This document shows positions 37,292 to 42,796 of a DNA stretch of 42,796 nt, one piece after another. Source of the stretch: Candidatus Uhrbacteria bacterium CG_4_10_14_3_um_filter_41_21. Lineage in GTDB: Bacteria; Patescibacteriota; Patescibacteriia; UBA9934. The DNA is taken from NCBI GenBank assembly GCA_002782865.1, contig PFJC01000046.1, positions 1-42,796 of the forward strand. Direction: 5' to 3'. Numbering within the stretch: the first letter of the stretch is position 1; every line of letters begins with the position of its first letter. The position numbers were made by a program, and so were the translations under genes. Below the pieces are notes generated by a model. The model was not told the DNA's origin, searched no databases, and worked only from the letters and a program-made list of their open reading frames with translations.

Positions 37292-38608
37292 ATGATTTCA
37301 TTATTAAGAAAAATCACACCAAAACCTATAATCCAGCTTTACCATCTTATTCTTTCAAAGCTGGCTGTTTTATTGTACGCAAATCCATCAAAGAAAATGA
37401 TTGTGGTAGGAATAACCGGTACAAACGGAAAATCATCCACAGTACAGCTAACTTCTCAGCTTTTAACTTTACTTGGCGACAAAGTTGGCTACACAACAAC
37501 GGCTGGTTTTTGGATTGATGGCGAAAAGATTGAAAATAAACTTAAAATGACAATGCCGGGCAGGTTTTTGTTACAAAGTTTAATGAGCAAGATGGTGCGA
37601 AAAAAATGTCGAGTGGCGATTATTGAAACAACTTCACAGGGTACAGTGCAATTTCGTCATTTAGGAATAAATTACGACACAGTAGTTTTTACAAATTTAA
37701 CACCAGAACATATTGAGTCGCACGGCGGTTTTGAAAATTATAAAAAAGCAAAAGGTGAATTATTTCGACATTTAACAAAACGAAGAAAGAAAAAAATTGA
37801 TAGCGAAATTATTCTAAAAACATCAATTGTTAATTTTGATGATGAACATTCAGAATATTTTAATAGTTTTAAAGCTGACCGAAAATTTGGATTTGGTTGG
37901 TCAGGCGAAGCGTCGGATTATAAAATCGTGGCTCGAAAATCAATTTTAGATTTTGATGGTTTACAAGTATCGATAAACGGCGTGCAGATGAAAATTCCAT
38001 TCTTGGCTGATTTTGAACAAAAAAATACGCTTGCGGCAATTTCCATCGCTTACTCACTCGGTTACAGCTTAAGTAGAATTGCCAGCGTAGTTTCAGATTT
38101 AAAACCAATTCCCGGGCGTTTTGAAAGAATAAAAAAAGGTCAGCCGTTTGAAGTGATAGTGGATTATGCTTACGAGCCCTTTGCGATCGAGGCGTTACTT
38201 AATGCAGTGGATCAGCTAAAACCAGCAAGAATTATTGGTATTCATGGTTCTGCCGGCGGTGGGCGCGATGTTTCCAGGCGTGAAAAAATTGGACGCTTAG
38301 CGGCAAAACGAGAAGAGATTGTAATTGTTACCAACGAAGATCCATATGACGAAGATCCTCGTAAAATAATTGAGGCAGTTGCGGACGGCGCCAAGGCTGA
38401 AGGAAAAATTGATGGCAAAGATTTGTTCTTAATCGATGATAGAAGTGATGCAATTAATTTTGCGATTAATGGCGCAAAGGCGGGAGATGTTGTTTTAATT
38501 ACCGGTAAAGGGAATGAACACGGTATCGCGGTTGCAAATAGAAAACAAATTCCATGGAATGACACCGAGGCGGCTCAGTCTGCTTTGGTAAGGTTAGGTT
38601 ATGTCTAA
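37292..38608 (+). CDS. murE: UDP-N-acetylmuramyl-tripeptide synthetase
   Basis: GITGTNGKSS, TMPG, ETTSQG, TNLTPEHIE, PGRFE, DYA, GGGRD, TGKG. Confidence 0.92.
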   Translation: MISLLRKITPKPIIQLYHLILSKLAVLLYANPSKKMIVVGITGTNGKSSTVQLTSQLLTLLGDKVGYTTTAGFWIDGEKIENKLKMTMPGRFLLQSLMSKMVRKKCRVAIIETTSQGTVQFRHLGINYDTVVFTNLTPEHIESHGGFENYKKAKGELFRHLTKRRKKKIDSEIILKTSIVNFDDEHSEYFNSFKADRKFGFGWSGEASDYKIVARKSILDFDGLQVSINGVQMKIPFLADFEQKNTLAAISIAYSLGYSLSRIASVVSDLKPIPGRFERIKKGQPFEVIVDYAYEPFAIEALLNAVDQLKPARIIGIHGSAGGGRDVSRREKIGRLAAKREEIVIVTNEDPYDEDPRKIIEAVADGAKAEGKIDGKDLFLIDDRSDAINFAINGAKAGDVVLITGKGNEHGIAVANRKQIPWNDTEAAQSALVRLGYV

Positions 38609-39116
38609 GGAGAAAAATATTTTACATTTAAATGATGGTGAGAAGATTCTGGGAATTGTCAGAAGGAGTTTTGTGAGTGAGTTATTTAAAATAATTTTTG
38701 TTTGTATTTGGATTTTATTGCCATTTTTCTTTTTCTTTCCACTTCTGCGACTTGGACTTTTTGGATTTTTCTTGTTTGCGATTTTAGCAGTCGGCGGATT
38801 ATTGTATGCTTTTAAAATTTGGATGAATTTGTCATACACGATGCTGATTGTAACTAGTCAGCGCGTGATCGATGTTGAACATCATGGTCTTTTTGATCGT
38901 GACATTGCGGAAGCTGGGCTTTCATCTGTCAGTAGTGTAAAAGTATTAAAAAGAAATATCTTTCAAAGAATCATAAACATTGGCACAGTAAAGGTTAAAA
39001 CAAAAAAATCAGATAAGTTTGATATTGAAATTGATGGCGTACGCAAGCCGCAAACAGTGCGTCAATTTGTCGAAGATGTAAAAGAATTAAGTTCTAAATA
39101 TGAAATTAGAAATTAG
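38601..39116 (+). CDS. Membrane protein with bacterial PH-like domain
   Basis: Two TM segments, then IVTSQRVIDVEHHGLF and INIGTVKVKT. Confidence 0.75.
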   Translation: MSKEKNILHLNDGEKILGIVRRSFVSELFKIIFVCIWILLPFFFFFPLLRLGLFGFFLFAILAVGGLLYAFKIWMNLSYTMLIVTSQRVIDVEHHGLFDRDIAEAGLSSVSSVKVLKRNIFQRIINIGTVKVKTKKSDKFDIEIDGVRKPQTVRQFVEDVKELSSKYEIRN

Positions 39117-39206
39117 AAACAAATCCGAAATACTAAATCCGAAATTCAATTTCATGCTTCTTATTTCGAATTTGTTTCTAATTTAGGATTTCTAATTTCG
39201 TATTTA
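39095..39206. repeat. Inverted heptamer array (GAAATNN / NNATTTC type), second copy
   Basis: taaatatgaaattagaaattagaaacaaatccgaaat ... atttcgaatttgtttctaatttaggatttctaatttcgtattta; supplies the PH gene C-terminus and stop. Confidence 0.75.
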
Positions 39207-39212
39207 AAATCT

Positions 39213-39623
39213 ATGTCTAAAAATAAAAACAAAATTAAATGGTTTATATTAATCAATTTTGTTATTTTATTTTTTTTGGTAATTGCATTTGGTAAGGAAT
39301 ATGTAGGAAATATTCAAGTTGAGCGCGAGATTGCGCAGTTGCAACAGCAAAGAAGCGAATTTGAAAACGAACAGCTTGATACTCTTAATTTAATCTCTGA
39401 TTTATCAAGTGAGTATTATTCAGAACAGGAAGGCAGAACAAAGCAAGGATTAGGGCGCGAGGGTGAAACATTAGTAATAATTCAGTATGAATCCAACACA
39501 GTCACAGACGGCGAAGATTTAGCAACTTTGGGAAGTTATAGTTTAGAAAGTTTGGGTAATCCGGCTCGTTGGTTTTTGTATTTTTTTGCTAACGATACTT
39601 TTGCGAAGTTTGAAAATATATGA
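39213..39623 (+). CDS. Septum formation initiator (FtsB/DivIC-like)
   Basis: TM plus coiled coil, 'E.EGRTKQGLGREGETLVII' motif. Confidence 0.7.
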   Translation: MSKNKNKIKWFILINFVILFFLVIAFGKEYVGNIQVEREIAQLQQQRSEFENEQLDTLNLISDLSSEYYSEQEGRTKQGLGREGETLVIIQYESNTVTDGEDLATLGSYSLESLGNPARWFLYFFANDTFAKFENI

Positions 39624-40489
39624 GTGTAATTCATCGGGGCGAACAATTGATGCCTCAGGTTCGTTTGCATTTTAGTCATGTTGCTACCTTTATTTTTTTA
39701 ATCTTAATTTCTTTTGTATTTTTTATTGGCGTTCATGGTTTTTATTTTCAAAATTGGCACACGGGCGCAGCTCGAGTAGCAGCTAAATTTTTACCTATCC
39801 CGGCCGCTATAGTTGAGGGTGACATTATTTGGTATAAGCAGGTTTCTGAAACTGCAAATTTATTAATTGCGGCCGAAGAAGAGTCTGAAGGGGCTTTTGA
39901 TATGGCGCTTGAGGCCGTGATTCGGCAGGTGTATGTTGAACATTTAGCAGAGGAGTTGGGTGTTTCTGTCACAAGAGATGAGGTCAGTGCTTATGAAGTT
40001 GATATGATTGACGGCTTTTTGGAAGAAGTGGGTTGGTCGGAAAGGGAGTACAGGAATTATGTTGTCAAACCTTTGCTTTTAGCTCAAAAAACCGAGGAGG
40101 CGTTGTTGAATTCTTACGATTATCAGGCAATTGCTCGGGATGATCTTGCTAAAGTTTTATTGGATCTTGAACTTGGTATCCCGTTTTCCGATTTAGCCGA
40201 GCAATATTCGGAAGACGGTTCAGCTGTCTTTGGCGGTGATATCGGATTATTTGAGAAGTTTAAGCTTCCGGTCGGAATGGAGCCGGTTTGGGATTTGGAA
40301 GTTGATCAAGTATCAGAGATTTTGGATTTGGGAGACTCGTATGCTTTGGTCAAAGTTTATGATAATGTTGTCTTGGAAGGAGAAAGAACTCATGTGGCTT
40401 TACAGGTGATTTTGGTAAAAAAAGCTACACTGTCTGAAGTGCTTGAAGATTTTGCCAGAGCGCAGGAAGTAAAGGTATTTGTGCGTTAA
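39620..40489 (+). CDS. SurA/PrsA-like parvulin peptidyl-prolyl isomerase
   Basis: PAAIVEG, FSDLAEQYSED.SA..GGDIG, VSEI. Confidence 0.85.
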   Translation: MSVIHRGEQLMPQVRLHFSHVATFIFLILISFVFFIGVHGFYFQNWHTGAARVAAKFLPIPAAIVEGDIIWYKQVSETANLLIAAEEESEGAFDMALEAVIRQVYVEHLAEELGVSVTRDEVSAYEVDMIDGFLEEVGWSEREYRNYVVKPLLLAQKTEEALLNSYDYQAIARDDLAKVLLDLELGIPFSDLAEQYSEDGSAVFGGDIGLFEKFKLPVGMEPVWDLEVDQVSEILDLGDSYALVKVYDNVVLEGERTHVALQVILVKKATLSEVLEDFARAQEVKVFVR

Positions 40490-40517
40490 ATCCGGTTGTG
40501 TTAAAAGTAGCGCGAGT

Positions 40518-40593
40518 GCCGATGTAGCTCAGTTGGTAGAGCAGTCCCTTCGTAAGGGAAAGGTCGCCAGTTCAAGTCTGGCCATCGGCTCCA
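40518..40593 (+). tRNA. tRNA-Thr(CGT)
   Basis: Acceptor GCCGATG/CATCGGC, anticodon loop TTCGTAA, T-arm GCCAG-TTCAAGT-CTGGC, encoded CCA. Confidence 0.95.
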
Positions 40594-40668
40594 GTTATCG
40601 CTAAGTCGGCGGTCTGTCCGCCGTAGCTTAAAGAGCGAAGGCGGATTCGAGTCCGCCTGGTGGCTCCA
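40594..40668 (+). pseudogene. tRNA-like remnant: T-arm, acceptor 3' strand and CCA, with a hairpin repeat in place of the D and anticodon arms
   Basis: GGCGG-A-TTCGAGT-CCGCC-TGGTGGC-T-CCA at 40640-40668; no canonical D or anticodon arm. Confidence 0.55.
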
Positions 40669-41088
40669 GATTATAAAGAAGTTAAGTTCTATTCGGACTT
40701 TTTTTGTTTTTAGCAACTAACAGATCCGGAACGTAATTCATTCATCGGAAATTATACCTTCGTCGATTGGTGGAGATCAGCCTTAGAGGGCATTATTACG
40801 TTTGTTTCGGAAAGTGAGGAGCGGAGAGTCAAAATCGCTTTTCCTGATGGCATTATATAAGAGGAGTTGTTGCGATATTTTTTCTTCTTTTTAATCTCAC
40901 AAATTAATCCAAATGGTATATAACGTTTCAATATATGCGATGTTGCGACCGTACAGGGGCAATATGGGTGGAGTGAAGCGGAATCGCATAGCTAGTGTTA
41001 TACAATATAATAATATATTCTTAATCCCGAGCTATAGCGAGGGGTGTGTAATCAAGGCAATTTTATAAATTTTTTAACAATAATTTCC

Positions 41089-41141
41089 ATAAAGTGAGGC
41101 AACTTGGTTACCTCATTGGTAACCAAGTTGCCTCACTTTAT
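41089..41141. repeat. REP doublet (locus G), diverged homolog of the RAYT flanks
   Basis: ATAAAGTGAGGCAACTTGGTTACC-TCATT-GGTAACCAAGTTGCCTCACTTTAT, 24-bp perfect arms; 33/45 identical to locus B without gaps. Confidence 0.85.
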
Positions 41142-41315
41142 CCATCGCTCACCCGCTCACCGGTCGCGAAATTATTTTCAAACCAAAATCCCTGCTTACC
41201 CGCAGGGATTTGAGTGGTCTCAAGCATGGGGTTTACCATCTGAAGTTCAGTGAGCGATAAACGGTGCGTTTATTTTACCAAATCCGAACCTATTTTCAAA
41301 ATCGGTAATGTATCG

Positions 41316-41643
41316 CACGCGCGGAGCGCGTGGTGGCTCTGACCTAAATCGTATGCTCCACGAAAGCCACGCCACCGCCTCGCTTCACTCGGCAACCCCA
41401 AAAAGAAAAAATGTTCCTTGCTCTTTTGATTTTCGCGGGGGTGGATTTTTTCTAAAATGGAAAGGACATTTTTCTTTTTGGGGTTCTACCCTCCAAGTAT
41501 TCGGGCAGTGTGGCGGGGCTTAAATTCGGACTCGGTTTTGCGAAAACTATTTTCTGGGGATATGGATTTTCGCAAAACCGAGACTAATTTGTTTTTTGCA
41601 TTTTGTCCGCGCGGAGGAGGGGTCTGGGGAGGAATCCGCGCGG
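41316..41643. other. Hairpin-dense non-coding tract (possible mobile-element end, origin or ncRNA)
   Basis: Inverted repeats at 41316-41332, 41394-41485, 41531-41582 and 41607-41643. Confidence 0.55.
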
Positions 41644-41678
41644 GCTTTTGGATTTTTATTTTTGCGACATCAGAAATT

Positions 41679-42796
41679 CTAACTCTCTGGCTTTATCAAA
41701 TCTGGTCTGACTTTTTTCAATTGATCTAAAGCCATTTTGCCAAGCGCAAAACTGAGATAATTTCTAAAATCTTGACTTGCGTCTTGTGCTCCGCCGGTAT
41801 TGTGATGGGTTTTTTCGTGAACATACACATCTGCTGCGCGAGTAAAATCAGAAAGTGTTTCGCGTAGCAAATGGATGTTTACACCATCAGCAAAACCGGC
41901 TGCGACTTTTTGACCATCAGTTTTGCGCTTGTAAACTTTAATTTCAGATGGCTTGTTGTTTGGTAAATACTCGTCAATCGCAGTTAAAACTTCTATTAAC
42001 GCTTTTTCCTCTGCCGTAAGTTCTTTATTAGGAATATGCTCAACATCAGTCATTTCTGATAAACGAGATTCGTATGTTGGCAATCCCAATCTTTGCAAAA
42101 CTCGATAAACGGCAGATGGAAAAGAAACAAGCTCTAAACCAACGTGTATATTTTGTTGCATAGCGTCATAATCTTCTGAACGCATATCACGGATAGCAGT
42201 ATCTTTTCCAAAAACTTCTTCAAAAATCTTTTTCCAATTCTCTGTGTCTTTTGGTGTGAAATCCATCGCAAATTCTACTTTATCTTTTCCACCACCTTTT
42301 TGTGCTTCCAAATTTGCTTTGAATAAAAAGCTTTTAATAACTTCGGAATTTTCTGCCTGTGACCAAACTCCCGCAATTGCCGGAGAAAGTTCTTGTTGAT
42401 CAACAAAACTTCTATCTCGGTTTTTTATTTCCAATCTCGGCAAATGATAAGTAAAAAGTAAGTTATGATCTCCGGGTATTAAAAGTTCTCGCACATAAAC
42501 CATACCACCATCAAGCGAAAGCACATCTCCATTTGAAGTACTTTCCACTGGTCTTGTTTTTTCTATTGCGAGAACTTTTTTGTTAATCTGTCTAAACTCC
42601 TGCAATAATTCTGGTGTAGGATTTGCAAATGTTGTTGAGCTACTTTGATAAATTCCTTTATCATCATCCATTTCTTGTTTTTTTACAGCGTGGGTCACAT
42701 CGAAAACTAGCTGGTCAATTTGCTTTCCATCAACATCTTGTCTCAATGCCCTAGGTTTTGATGACCAATTTTGTGAGCGTAAAGTCATATCAACTC
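41679..42796 (-). CDS. C-terminal part of a large protein with an HExxH (zincin-like) motif; 5' end lies outside the window
   Basis: Frame open to the window edge; VYVHEKTHH..HNTGGAQDASQDF. Confidence 0.75.
   Translation of the reverse strand, partial: VDMTLRSQNWSSKPRALRQDVDGKQIDQLVFDVTHAVKKQEMDDDKGIYQSSSTTFANPTPELLQEFRQINKKVLAIEKTRPVESTSNGDVLSLDGGMVYVRELLIPGDHNLLFTYHLPRLEIKNRDRSFVDQQELSPAIAGVWSQAENSEVIKSFLFKANLEAQKGGGKDKVEFAMDFTPKDTENWKKIFEEVFGKDTAIRDMRSEDYDAMQQNIHVGLELVSFPSAVYRVLQRLGLPTYESRLSEMTDVEHIPNKELTAEEKALIEVLTAIDEYLPNNKPSEIKVYKRKTDGQKVAAGFADGVNIHLLRETLSDFTRAADVYVHEKTHHNTGGAQDASQDFRNYLSFALGKMALDQLKKVRPDLIKPES

Noticed and set aside
1487-39972. Many 60-156 aa ORFs nested in or antisense to confidently called genes
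   Set aside because: Shadow frames with no independent motifs or expression signals
40501-40716. 71-aa minus-strand ORF
   Set aside because: It is the antisense translation of tRNA-Thr and the tRNA-like remnant
40716-41050. Possible decayed gene or repeat (CCCGAGCTATAGCGAGGGG near 41026) downstream of tRNA-Thr
   Set aside because: Only short frames without recognisable motifs; a single weak hairpin
41308-41729. ORFs 41308-41523 and 41457-41729 as proteins
   Set aside because: They run across dense inverted repeats, have low-complexity translations and no motifs

Overview
AT-rich bacterial chromosome segment read in the standard code 11 (TGA is used as stop). Gene content and style suggest Patescibacteria/CPR, Parcubacteria-like (inference: compact operons, near-leaderless promoters, rplI present, MurE 'TNEDP' and MurD 'NDTTAT' variants). 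Left to right: TPR protein and S8 protease; a surface-glycan cluster (UDP-sugar epimerase/decarboxylase, GT2 x2, DUF2304-like, GT4 x2, two GT-C-like membrane proteins, rmlBACD) interrupted by an HUH/Y1 REP-associated tyrosine transposase (RAYT); HIT and Nudix hydrolases, a PEGA protein, ctpA, rplI, pyrG, rpmA; mraY-ftsW-murG; two acidic micro-ORFs absent from the ORF track; tRNA-Lys(TTT); an APH pseudogene; GT4; a P-type ATPase; murD-murE-PH-ftsB-like-PPIase; tRNA-Thr(CGT) followed by a tRNA-like remnant; then a probable island edge with a hairpin-dense non-coding tract and a partial HExxH protein. The main unexplained signal is a non-GTAG palindrome family with a 13-bp core (GTCAC/GTAAC-N3-GTGAC/GTTAC; 11 cores at 7 loci). 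It brackets the RAYT as 45-nt doublets, recurs 35 kb away with five compensatory base-pair changes, and delimits accessory genes next to tRNA-Lys, so it is a candidate RAYT-driven REP/gene-cassette system. Several other small repeat families also occupy gene junctions. All calls come from reading motifs by eye; no searches were run.
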